A DNA stretch of 64,000 nt from a bacterium (lineage in GTDB: Bacteria > Patescibacteriota > Minisyncoccia > UBA6257 > UBA9933). This document shows positions 26,064 through 35,156 of this stretch, in pieces; within the stretch, counting starts at the first letter, position 1; every line of letters starts with the position of its first letter. Location of the stretch: positions 219,454 through 283,453 of the forward strand of contig JAJYHZ010000001.1 in the NCBI GenBank assembly GCA_021796335.1, read 5' to 3'. The notes under the pieces are model-generated. The model was not told where the DNA came from. It made no database searches and saw nothing but the letters and a program-made list of their open reading frames with translations. A program made the position numbers and the translations under genes.

Positions 26064-28604
26064 TTATACCAGGTAATTTTTCAAGTATCTCCCCGTAATA
26101 CTATTTGCATTTTTAACAATTTCTTCGGGAGTTCCCTTCGCGATTGCTTTTCCGCCTCTCTGACCCCCTTCCGGCCCCAAATCAATAATATAATCTGCCG
26201 ATTTTATGATATGCATATTATGCTCGATTACAATAACGGAATTTCCCTTGTCAATCAGTTTATTTAAAACTCTTAAAAGAAGCTCGATATCATGATAATG
26301 CAAACCGACTGTCGGCTCATCCAATAAATACAAAGTTTTCTTTCCTAGCGGATGCACCAGTTCCCGCGCCAATTTTATTCTTTGCGCCTCGCCTCCCGAC
26401 AAAGTCGTCGCGCTCTGCCCCAGTTGCAAATAGCCCAATCCGACTTCTTGCAAAACTTTCAGCTTGTCCGTTATTTGATATATATTTTCAAAAAATTCTA
26501 CTGCCTCATCTATTGTCATCTCGAGCACTTCCGCGATACTTTTCTTTTTATATTTTATTTGCAGAGTTTCTCTGTTGAATCTTTTTCCGTGGCAAACATC
26601 ACATTCCACCAGAACCGGCGGCAAAAAATGCATTTCTATTAAATTAAAACCCGCTCCTTCGCAAGCTTCGCACCTTCCGCCGCGCACATTAAACGAAAAT
26701 CGTGAAGCCGTATATCCTTTTCCCCGCGCATCGGGAAGTTCTGCAAAAAATTCTCGAATTGGCGTAAAAATCCCGGTATAAGTCGCTGGATTCGAACGTG
26801 GAGTTCTTCCGATTGGCGACTGATCAACCATTATAATCTTATCGACATATTCTCCGCCTAAAATTCTGCTCACATTTTGAAGCGGCTCATTGATCCGCGC
26901 TTTAACTAAATTTAAATTCTCATATAAAACATCATAAACCAAACTGGATTTTCCGCTGCCCGAAACGCCGGTAACGCAAACCAGTTTTCTCAAGGGGAAA
27001 TCGATGTCGATGTTTTTCAAATTATTCGCCCGCGCGCCGATTATGCTTATTTTCTCGCTCATCCTTGTTCTTCTTTGCGGCACCTCAATTTGCGACTCTC
27101 CTTTCAAATATTTAAGAGTCAGCGACTTTGGAAATTCCTCTTTTTCCTTTTTCTTTCCCCTTTTTAACAACTCTTTTATCAGGCCAGCTGCCACTACCTC
27201 ACCTCCATTCCTGCCCGCAAACGGTCCCAAATCAACCAAAAAATCGGATTCTTTTATAGTCATTTCATCATGCTCAACAATTACCACCGAATTATTCCTA
27301 TTCCGCAAATCCTTTAAAGTGCCTACCAGCCTGTCAGTATCTCTTTCATGGAGTCCGATCGTTGGCTCATCCAAAACATACAGCGTATTTGACAAATGAG
27401 ATCCAATCTGAGAAGCCAGCCTTATTCTTTGCGCCTCTCCACCGGATAAGGTTTCCGCTTCGCGATCCATGCTTAAATAATCCAAACCGACTTCGATCAA
27501 AAAATATAACCGGTCCGAAATTTCTTTGACCACGTTTTGAGCGATAATTCTCTGTCTTTCGGTTAATTTTTTTTGGTAATTTTCAAAAAATTCGAAAGTT
27601 TCATTGATCGGCATGCGGACTATTTCCCAGATATTTTTCCCGTCTAGTTTTACCGATAATGCTTCCGGTTTCAGCCGTTTCCCTTCGCAATCCGGGCAAA
27701 TTGTTTTCAAAAATAGATCTGTTTTTCCCAACCCGCCGCAAGTCGGACACGCGCCATGCGGGCTGTTGAAAGAAAACAATCTTGGCTCCACCTCAGGAAA
27801 AGAAAAATTATCTTTCGGACAAGTCCATTTTGAAGAGAGCATAAATTCCTCTTGATTCTTTTTCTTTTCATCCAAAATTACCGTTACCAATCCCTTGCTA
27901 TAATTTAAAGCAGTTTCAACCGCTTCGAACATCCTGGCTTGATCGCTAGTTATAACGCGGTCAACAACAATATCTATGTTGTGTTCTTTGTACTTTGATA
28001 ATTCGACTTTGTCATGCAATGAATGAAGTTTTCCGTCTATTCTTGCCTCGGAAAATCCTAAAGACAAAAAATCATAAAGCAGCTGATAATATTCTCCCTT
28101 TCTTCCCTGCACTACCGGCGATAAAATTATTACAGAATCTTCATTTTTATTTCCTCTTTCTTTTTTATTTTTTACTCTATCTGTGATAATATCCACTATT
28201 TCTTCCAATGAAAGCTTTTCAATTCTTGTTCCGTCAATGGGGCAATACACTTCGCCCAACCTTGCAAACAAAACTCTCAGATAATCATAGACTTCCGTCA
28301 AAGTTCCCACTGTTGAACGCGGATTATGGCTTAAGGCGCGTTGATCTATCGCAATCGCCGGCGACAATCCGATTATTTCATCTACATCAGCCCGCTCCAT
28401 TTGCCCCAAAAACTGCCTTGCGTAAGGTGAAAGTGATTCTATATACCTTCTTTGCCCTTCGGCAAAGATTGTGTCAAAAGCCAGACTGGATTTTCCGCTG
28501 CCCGAAACGCCCGAAAAAACTACCAGTTTGTTTTTTGGAATTTCCAGACTTATATTCTTCAGATTGTGCACCCGAGCTCCCTTTATGCTTATTTTGTCCT
28601 CCAT
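26064..28604 (-). CDS. uvrA: excinuclease ABC subunit A
   Basis: Two ABC ATPase modules ([12 protein letters not shown] / LSGGEAQR, and [13 protein letters not shown] / [12 protein letters not shown]) plus zinc-finger cysteines. 846 aa. Confidence 0.9.
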   Translation of the reverse strand: MEDKISIKGARVHNLKNISLEIPKNKLVVFSGVSGSGKSSLAFDTIFAEGQRRYIESLSPYARQFLGQMERADVDEIIGLSPAIAIDQRALSHNPRSTVGTLTEVYDYLRVLFARLGEVYCPIDGTRIEKLSLEEIVDIITDRVKNKKERGNKNEDSVIILSPVVQGRKGEYYQLLYDFLSLGFSEARIDGKLHSLHDKVELSKYKEHNIDIVVDRVITSDQARMFEAVETALNYSKGLVTVILDEKKKNQEEFMLSSKWTCPKDNFSFPEVEPRLFSFNSPHGACPTCGGLGKTDLFLKTICPDCEGKRLKPEALSVKLDGKNIWEIVRMPINETFEFFENYQKKLTERQRIIAQNVVKEISDRLYFLIEVGLDYLSMDREAETLSGGEAQRIRLASQIGSHLSNTLYVLDEPTIGLHERDTDRLVGTLKDLRNRNNSVVIVEHDEMTIKESDFLVDLGPFAGRNGGEVVAAGLIKELLKRGKKKEKEEFPKSLTLKYLKGESQIEVPQRRTRMSEKISIIGARANNLKNIDIDFPLRKLVCVTGVSGSGKSSLVYDVLYENLNLVKARINEPLQNVSRILGGEYVDKIIMVDQSPIGRTPRSNPATYTGIFTPIREFFAELPDARGKGYTASRFSFNVRGGRCEACEGAGFNLIEMHFLPPVLVECDVCHGKRFNRETLQIKYKKKSIAEVLEMTIDEAVEFFENIYQITDKLKVLQEVGLGYLQLGQSATTLSGGEAQRIKLARELVHPLGKKTLYLLDEPTVGLHYHDIELLLRVLNKLIDKGNSVIVIEHNMHIIKSADYIIDLGPEGGQRGGKAIAKGTPEEIVKNANSITGRYLKNYLV

Positions 28605-28877
28605 AACATAAATTCCCCTCTGTTTTATTCCAAAGGGTATATAATAATTAAAATTGCATTCTAATTATGCCAGAATTCTATGAAATTTCAATATCTTTTA
28701 TTAATTTAACCATTTAAAAATTGCCGTGAAAATTCATAATAAGATTATGGGATAGAATTTCCGGGTTTCTTTATCTCCTCTTCGTAAACAATATGTCAAG
28801 TTCAGAGAATAATCCGAAATTTTCCCTGCCTGCCTGCGGGCGTGTTTACAATTTATAAAAAAGCGCGAAAAATTATC

Positions 28878-29120
28878 TTATTCGATAAACTCTTTCTCGT
28901 CCTTTTTTTCTTCTTTTTTCTCCAGTAATATTTCGATGAAAATCACGCTTATGACAAGTATGGTGATTTGCGAAATTGTTTCCGTTACAACACGATCAAA
29001 AACTATTCTGCCCACAATCAGTCCGAATAATCCGCCCATATGCTCAGCCATAAAGTGAATAGTAAAGCTGTGCACGAATAATCTAATCAGTTTTTTGAAT
29101 TTTTGGCTAAATTTTCTCAT
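28878..29120 (-). CDS. small membrane protein, hypothetical
   Basis: 80 aa with one or two hydrophobic helices and a KE-rich tail. Confidence 0.3.
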   Translation of the reverse strand: MRKFSQKFKKLIRLFVHSFTIHFMAEHMGGLFGLIVGRIVFDRVVTETISQITILVISVIFIEILLEKKEEKKDEKEFIE

Positions 29121-29205
29121 ACAATTTAGACAAATCGATTAGATTAAAAACGCCCCGATTTATCTAACCGAGGCGATCTTGTTTTTGGATTTTACGTATA
29201 TTTCC

Positions 29206-29421
29206 CTATTCTTTAAATTGCGATTCAGCTGCGCCAAAATCGCCTTGGTTAAATAAATCCCTTTTATTATTATTTTTAATATACAGGAATAAACCGTAAA
29301 TTCCGTCCATTTCTGAAGGATTTATATTATGGGACCCGTGAAATTGTGCACAGTAAATCTTTGTCATTTCACTAATTATAACGATTGATTTTTCAATCTG
29401 TTTCATTGACATTTTCGTCAA
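29206..29421 (-). CDS. hypothetical small protein
   Basis: 71-aa ORF. Its 5' end overlaps the predicted plus-strand promoter, so the two calls conflict. Confidence 0.2.
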   Translation of the reverse strand: MTKMSMKQIEKSIVIISEMTKIYCAQFHGSHNINPSEMDGIYGLFLYIKNNNKRDLFNQGDFGAAESQFKE

Positions 29422-29433
29422 TATTCATTAAAA
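29405..29433 (+). promoter_or_regulatory. sigma70-like promoter TTGACA-17-TAAAAT
   Basis: -35 at 29405-29410 and -10 at 29428-29433 with an exact 17-nt spacer. Confidence 0.4.
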
Positions 29434-29439
29434 TCTTAA

Positions 29440-29633
29440 ACCGCGATGAATTTGCTGTCGAGATTTACTTGGAAAACTTACTCCAGGCAAATACTAAAAA
29501 TCTTGCTCGAATATCCTCCGCAATTTTCCCCCCATGAAAAGATTATCCAGCAAGGGGCAGATCCTACTAGGGCGGGGCAGATCCGCCCTGGCAAAAAAGA
29601 TTGGGGACGCGCCAGCCGCGTCATCATTTTTTT
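29440..29633 (+). ncRNA. candidate ~190-nt structured RNA (or leaderless small-protein mRNA)
   Basis: The promoter is followed by the GC-rich direct repeat gggcagatcc x2 and the inverted repeat gggcgg...ccgccc. It ends at hairpin gacgcg-ccagc-cgcgtc + aucauuuuuuu (29606-29633). The 82-aa ORF at 29446 runs through the terminator and is not protein-like. Confidence 0.3.
29606..29633 (+). terminator. rho-independent terminator
   Basis: gacgcg/cgcgtc stem and T7 run. On the minus strand it is preceded by an A-run, so it is plus-oriented. Confidence 0.5.
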
Positions 29634-29638
29634 AAAAA

Positions 29639-31522
29639 TTAATCCACTTCAAAATCACGATCAATTTGTATTAATTCCTCAATATTTTTTTTGATTGATT
29701 TAGGCGTAATGTTATGTTTTTTATTATATTCCGTCTGAATTTTCCTTCTTCTTTCCACTTCTGTCATCGCCCGCTTCATCGATCCCGTAATTTTATCAGC
29801 ATATAAAATAACTTTTCCTTCCACATTTCTGGCCGCACGACCCATTGTTTGAATCAGCGAGGTTTCGTTCCTTAAAAATCCTTCCCTATCAACATCAAAA
29901 ATCGCCACCAGAGTTACTTCCGGCAAATCCAATCCTTCGCGCAGCAAATTAACTCCTACTAAGACATTAAATTTTCCCGTTCTGAAATCGGTTAAAATTT
30001 GAGTGCGTTCCAAAGTTTTGGTATCCGAATGCATGAAATTAGCCTTTATCCCTTCTTTGATTAAATAATCGGTCAAATCTTCCGCCATCTTCTTTGTCAG
30101 CGTATTTATAATCGCCCGTTCTTTTTTATTTACGATTTCTTTTATTTCATCAATTACGTCATCAACCTGGCTTCTGTTTTTCTTTTTATCGAAAACCGGA
30201 CGCACTTCAATCGGCGGATCGATTAATCCCGTCGGCCTGATTATCTGTTCAACCACCCGGGAAGAATTTTCCAATTCCCAGTCAGCCGGAGTAGCGGAAG
30301 TAAAAACCGCCTGATTAATTCTTTCCTCAAATTCTGAGAATTTCAGCGGCCGGTTATCCAGAGCCGAAGGCAATCTCCATCCGTATTGAATCAAAACTTC
30401 TTTTCGCGAATGATCCCCCTCATACATTCCCCTGATTTGCGGAATGGCGATATGCGATTCGTCTATAATAGTCAAAAAATCCGGCACTTTTTTTGTCTGT
30501 AACTGTCCGTGTCGTGTACGTACTGTCTGTGTCTTGGTGGGAAAATAAGAAAGCAAGGTGTCTGGCGGCTCGCCCGCAAGTTTTCCAGACAAATGCCTGG
30601 AATAATTTTCAATTCCGTGACAAAAGCCCAAAGTCTTCAGCATTTCCGTGTCGTAATTAGTTCTTCGCTCCAGCCTCTCCGCTTCCAAATATAATCCTTT
30701 TTTATTGAAATATTCTAACCGCTCTTTTAATTCCTTTTTAATTTCCTTTATGGCGTTAATAATCTGCGGCTGGCTTGAAATAAAATGTTTGGGCGGGAAA
30801 ATAATGGCTTCGCTTAAATTTTCTGTAATATTTCTGGTTAGCGGATCAATAATGGAAATCTCTTTTATTTTTTGGCTTTCAATTTCAATCCGATAGTTTA
30901 TATTGTCCGATATCGGCTGAATTTCAAAAATATCTCCCCTTACGCGGAATTCACCCCTGTGCAACATCCCCGAAGTCCGCTTGAATTGGATTTTCACCAA
31001 CTGGCGGATAAAATCTCCCCTCGTAATCGGCTGACCGGTTTCCAGATGGATAGCAGATTCATAGTAATTCGACGGCAAACCTAGGTTATAAATACAGGAA
31101 ACCGAGGCAACAACAATCACATCCCGCCTTATTGAAAGAGCGCTTGTCGCCTGATGGCGCAACCTGTCAATTTCTTCGTTTATCATCGCTTCTTTTTCGA
31201 TATAAGTATCGGAAGTCGGCATATAAGCTTCCGGCTGATAATAATCGTAATAAGAAACGAAATAGTTGACCGAATTTTCCGGAAAAAAATTTTTGTATTC
31301 GCGATAAAGCTGCGCCGCCAAAGTCTTATTTGGAGCGATAACCAGTACGGGCATATCGAAATTGGCTATGACATTAGCCATTGTGAAAGTCTTACCCGAA
31401 CCGGTCACCCCCAAAAGAGTTTGAAATCTTTCCTTTTTTTTCACTCCTTCTGTGAGCTGTTCTATTGCTTTCGGCTGGTCTCCAGTCGGTTCATATTTTG
31501 AATAAAGTTTAAATAATTGCAT
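29639..31522 (-). CDS. uvrB: excinuclease ABC subunit B
   Basis: 627 aa with helicase motifs (GVTGSGKT, DESH) and a C-terminal UVR domain. Confidence 0.9.
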   Translation of the reverse strand: MQLFKLYSKYEPTGDQPKAIEQLTEGVKKKERFQTLLGVTGSGKTFTMANVIANFDMPVLVIAPNKTLAAQLYREYKNFFPENSVNYFVSYYDYYQPEAYMPTSDTYIEKEAMINEEIDRLRHQATSALSIRRDVIVVASVSCIYNLGLPSNYYESAIHLETGQPITRGDFIRQLVKIQFKRTSGMLHRGEFRVRGDIFEIQPISDNINYRIEIESQKIKEISIIDPLTRNITENLSEAIIFPPKHFISSQPQIINAIKEIKKELKERLEYFNKKGLYLEAERLERRTNYDTEMLKTLGFCHGIENYSRHLSGKLAGEPPDTLLSYFPTKTQTVRTRHGQLQTKKVPDFLTIIDESHIAIPQIRGMYEGDHSRKEVLIQYGWRLPSALDNRPLKFSEFEERINQAVFTSATPADWELENSSRVVEQIIRPTGLIDPPIEVRPVFDKKKNRSQVDDVIDEIKEIVNKKERAIINTLTKKMAEDLTDYLIKEGIKANFMHSDTKTLERTQILTDFRTGKFNVLVGVNLLREGLDLPEVTLVAIFDVDREGFLRNETSLIQTMGRAARNVEGKVILYADKITGSMKRAMTEVERRRKIQTEYNKKHNITPKSIKKNIEELIQIDRDFEVD

Positions 31523-31598
31523 ACATAAAAATAAAACTGAGCCGCAGCTATTTTAAGTATAGATAAAAAAATAAGGGCGGTCACGAACACCCGCCCCA

Positions 31599-31862
31599 TT
31601 ATAAACTCTCCAGTAATTTCTTTTCGCACCTCGATATCTCCCCGATAAATTCGGAGTTGATCTTTAAATTACTGAAAATTGTCTTAATATCATCAAAGGT
31701 AACTTCTCCCATCCTTCTCCCTAAAAGCAGTTTCTCATGACTGCAATTTTCAGGTGAATAATAAATCATCAGTTTCCCTTCTTTGAAAATACAAACAAAA
31801 ATAGATACTTTTGCGCCGCAGCTTGTGCAGCTTATATCCGGTAAGGCTATTTGCTTTATCAT
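31599..31862 (-). CDS. hypothetical small Cys-containing protein (possible zinc ribbon)
   Basis: 87 aa. CTSCG...C...NCSH. Confidence 0.3.
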   Translation of the reverse strand: MIKQIALPDISCTSCGAKVSIFVCIFKEGKLMIYYSPENCSHEKLLLGRRMGEVTFDDIKTIFSNLKINSEFIGEISRCEKKLLESL

Positions 31863-31902
31863 TATTATCCTCCTTTGATTTAAGATCTAAAATCCTTATA
31901 AC

Positions 31903-32655
31903 TTATTCGAATTTATTTATCAAGAAGCTTCCTACTATGGCTGCGGTTTCCGCCCGCAAAATCAATTTTCCTAAATTTATTATTATAAATTTATCCTGAG
32001 TTTGTCGAAGGACCTCCTTCATCTCGCCATATGCCCAACCTCCTTCTGGTCCCACCCAAATGCCGATCTTTTTACCTATAACTTCGGTCTTATTTATAAG
32101 ACCGCCGCTTGCATCAAAAAATATATTCAAATCATTGTCTTTTGCATATTCAACCGCTTTATAAAAAGATAAGATTTCACCCAGAATCGGCAATTGCCCC
32201 CTGCCGGATTGTTCTGCGGATTCTTTCATAATCTTTTCCAGTCTCTCTCTATTTAAATTCAGCTTTACCGTTCTTTCAGCAATAATCGGAATAATCTCTT
32301 TAATACCTAGTTCAGTTGTTTTCTGCACAACTAATTCAAAATTCTCCTTCTTTAAAATCGAGCAGTATAAAATCCCGTAATTGCCTGTTTCGTTTCGGTT
32401 CATTTTTAATTCCATAATTTCTACCGCGACAGAATTTCTATCGACACTTCTAATTTTGCAGACAGCCTCGTTTAATTCGCCATCTCCCAGGATAATTTGC
32501 TCGCCAACATGTAATTTCAGAACATTCCTGATTTGACTCACAGATTCTTTATCTGAAATATTCAACTCTCCCTTGTTTTTTAAATTATATTTTCCTATAA
32601 ATCTGTGTATTTTCATGCGATAATCGCCACGAATAAATAAACAAATCTTCGCCAA
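31903..32655 (-). CDS. rsmE: 16S rRNA (uracil1498-N3)-methyltransferase
   Basis: IWVGPEGGW motif and a PUA-like N-terminus. The likely true start is the internal MKIHRF (~32616). Confidence 0.75.
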   Translation of the reverse strand: MAKICLFIRGDYRMKIHRFIGKYNLKNKGELNISDKESVSQIRNVLKLHVGEQIILGDGELNEAVCKIRSVDRNSVAVEIMELKMNRNETGNYGILYCSILKKENFELVVQKTTELGIKEIIPIIAERTVKLNLNRERLEKIMKESAEQSGRGQLPILGEILSFYKAVEYAKDNDLNIFFDASGGLINKTEVIGKKIGIWVGPEGGWAYGEMKEVLRQTQDKFIIINLGKLILRAETAAIVGSFLINKFE

Positions 32656-32703
32656 TCACCGATTCATTTGTGATTCGCATTATCCGTCTTTTATTAGTTT
32701 AAA

Positions 32704-33804
32704 TCAGCAAATAAGCATCCCGTCTCCAAATGAAAAAAATTTAAAATTATTTTCTTTGGCAATTTTATATAATTTTAAAACTTCTTCTCTGGAAATAAAA
32801 GAAGATACGAGCATTAATAAGCTTGATTTCGGAACATGAAAATTTGTTATTAAACCGCCCGTGAATTTGAATTTATACCCTTCTTGAATAAACAAATCGG
32901 TCATTCCGGATAAATTGACCAATTCGCCGCGGCTGTTCGAAGCCGATTCTAAAGTTCTTGCGACTGTCGTGCCTACGGCAATAATATTTTTCTTTTCTTT
33001 TTTAAGTTTATTCAATAATTTGGCGGTTTTCTTATCAATTTCAAAATACTCTTTATGCAGTTTTTTATTCAATAAATTTTCCCTATTTAAAGTCGCAAAA
33101 GTTCCCAAATTTACATGTAAAATTATAAATTCCGTTTTAATTCCGGATTTTTTCAATTTTCCGATCAATCGTTTTGTAAAATGCAAAGAAGCAGTCGGTG
33201 CCGCCACTGATCCTACTTTCTTGGCAAAAACAGTCTGATATTTTTCTTTAATTTCTTTTTGAGTTAAAGGAGAATGTTTAATATACGGCGGGATAGGCAT
33301 TTCGCCATATTTGTCCAAAACTTCATAAACTTTATTTAAAGAAAAAGACGGCTTCAGATAATAAAATTTTTCATTTTGACTAACAACTCTAAAAAATACC
33401 TTTTTATTTAGCTCCAGTTTCGATCCGATATTTAATTTTCTGTCCGACATTGCTTTAATTAAACTATCGACAATTTTAATGTATAAAATTTTTACTTTCC
33501 CGCCGCCTTGTCCCGATTCCAAAACGGCTTTTTTTAATTCTAATCTCGCTGGAATTACTTTTGTTTTATTAAAAACCAAAACAGAATTTTTTGGCAAATA
33601 TTTTTCTAAATTAAGAAATTCATCAATTTTAACTTTACCTGTTTTTCGGTTATAAATTAACAATTTTGCGGAGTCTCTTGGCGAAGCCGGTTTTTGGGCA
33701 ACAAGCTTCTTAGGCAATTCATAATTATATTTATTTAAATATTTATCAAAATTCATAGCCTGGAAAAATTTTGGATTAAAATCAATATGAAAATTATCAA
33801 TCAA
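32704..33804 (-). CDS. queA: S-adenosylmethionine:tRNA ribosyltransferase-isomerase
   Basis: YELPKKLVAQKPASPRDSAKLL N-terminus and TGGLITNFHVPKSSLLMLVSSF C-terminus. Confidence 0.85.
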   Translation of the reverse strand: MIDNFHIDFNPKFFQAMNFDKYLNKYNYELPKKLVAQKPASPRDSAKLLIYNRKTGKVKIDEFLNLEKYLPKNSVLVFNKTKVIPARLELKKAVLESGQGGGKVKILYIKIVDSLIKAMSDRKLNIGSKLELNKKVFFRVVSQNEKFYYLKPSFSLNKVYEVLDKYGEMPIPPYIKHSPLTQKEIKEKYQTVFAKKVGSVAAPTASLHFTKRLIGKLKKSGIKTEFIILHVNLGTFATLNRENLLNKKLHKEYFEIDKKTAKLLNKLKKEKKNIIAVGTTVARTLESASNSRGELVNLSGMTDLFIQEGYKFKFTGGLITNFHVPKSSLLMLVSSFISREEVLKLYKIAKENNFKFFSFGDGMLIC

Positions 33805-33808
33805 AATT

Positions 33809-35056
33809 TCATAACAAACCTTTTTTAATTTTTCTTCTTATATTTTCAACAAAAGAATTAAAGAAATAAAGATTATGGAAGGTTAAAAGTTTTAAGGCAG
33901 TTATTTCATGCGCCCGATATAAATGATGGACATAACTCCTGGTATAATTCTGACAAACCGTGCAATCACACTTTAAATCAAGCGGTTTTCTATCCTTCGC
34001 AAAAATTGCTTTAGATATGTCCAATTTTTGAGAGGCGGATCCAGAAGCAAAGTCCCGCACGGAGCTTTGCTCTGGTGCGTGGATAAAAGCCTGGCCATGG
34101 CGCGCAAAGTGTGTCGGGACCGTGCAATCAAATGTATCAACCCCGCTTTTGATAATTTTCTCAATATCTTCCAAATACCCGATCCCCAGCAAATGCCTCG
34201 GCTTGTTTTCCGGCAGCTCTTCGATAACCCAATCAATCATTTTGATCATTGATTTTTTATCGTCCCCAAATTCACCGCCAATTCCGAATCCGTCAAAGGG
34301 AAGCGATCCTATAAATTTTGCACTTTCTTTTCTTAATTCCTTAAATTTTCCACCTTGAACAATTCCGTACAAGGCTTGCCTATTTTGACTTTTACTTTTT
34401 AACCCTTGGTTCCGAAAAGCTTCTAAACTTTTCAACGCCCACCTGTGAGTCCGTTCCATTGATTCTTTATTGTAATTAAAATCAGCCGTCGGCGGAGGAC
34501 ATTCGTCAAAAGCAAAAATGATGTCGGCTCCGATTTCCCCCTGGATTTTTATTGATTCTTTCGGACCTAAAAACAATTTACTGCCGTCTATATAAGACCT
34601 GAAATAAACTCCGCTCTCGGTTATTTTTATTTCCTTTGGCTGCTGTCCGATTTTTACATTCGCAGATTTGGATGAATTCGCGGGTTGGGGCCGCTTAATG
34701 ATTTTTCCAATCCCTAAATCTTTCCCGAATCCCAAGCTGAAAACCTGAAACCCGCCCGAATCAGTCATAATCGGCTTCGTCCAATTCATAAATTTATGGA
34801 TGCCGCCGTTTAATTTGATATTTTTTTCTCCAGGTCTCAAATGTAAATGAAACGTATTGGAGATTAAAATCTGCGATTTTGTTTGTGAAACCTCTTGATT
34901 GTCCAAAGTTTTTACAACCGCCTGAGTCGCTACCGGAACCAAAGAAGGTGTTTCTATAACGCCATGCTCCGTTTTAATCAAACCTAATCTGGCTCTGCTT
35001 TTTTTTGATTTCTTTAAAATTTCAAAATCAATCATCTCATTTAATCTATCATCCAA
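33809..35056 (-). CDS. tgt: queuine tRNA-ribosyltransferase
   Basis: TPSLVPVATQA...NTFHLHLRPG and zinc site CDCTVCQNYTRSYVHHL. 415 aa, slightly long. Confidence 0.85.
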   Translation of the reverse strand: MDDRLNEMIDFEILKKSKKSRARLGLIKTEHGVIETPSLVPVATQAVVKTLDNQEVSQTKSQILISNTFHLHLRPGEKNIKLNGGIHKFMNWTKPIMTDSGGFQVFSLGFGKDLGIGKIIKRPQPANSSKSANVKIGQQPKEIKITESGVYFRSYIDGSKLFLGPKESIKIQGEIGADIIFAFDECPPPTADFNYNKESMERTHRWALKSLEAFRNQGLKSKSQNRQALYGIVQGGKFKELRKESAKFIGSLPFDGFGIGGEFGDDKKSMIKMIDWVIEELPENKPRHLLGIGYLEDIEKIIKSGVDTFDCTVPTHFARHGQAFIHAPEQSSVRDFASGSASQKLDISKAIFAKDRKPLDLKCDCTVCQNYTRSYVHHLYRAHEITALKLLTFHNLYFFNSFVENIRRKIKKGLL

Positions 35057-35156
35057 ATCAATTTTTGCAAATTCATAATCGCCGTTTTAAAGCAAACAAC
35101 CACTCGGCATCGCGGGTGGTTGTTTGCTATTTGCATTCAGTACTTATACTGACGCT

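Noticed and set aside
29440-29633. SRP (4.5S) RNA assignment for the candidate sRNA
   Set aside because: Only a loose resemblance (agcaaggggcaga) to the domain IV consensus was seen. The GGAAGCAGCCAAGGCAGA-type core and its symmetric partner are not evident. It is left as an unclassified candidate.
29446-29694. 82-aa plus-strand ORF as a protein-coding gene
   Set aside because: The sequence is not protein-like, being Q/P/R-rich from GC repeats. A strong intrinsic terminator sits inside it, and it overlaps the uvrB 3' end. It is better explained as a transcribed structured RNA region.
32616-32655. Extended N-terminus of rsmE (MAKICLFIRGDYR...)
   Set aside because: RsmE proteins normally begin at the M(K/R)IhRF motif. 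The internal Met at ~32616 gives that N-terminus, so the 13 extra codons are probably not translated.
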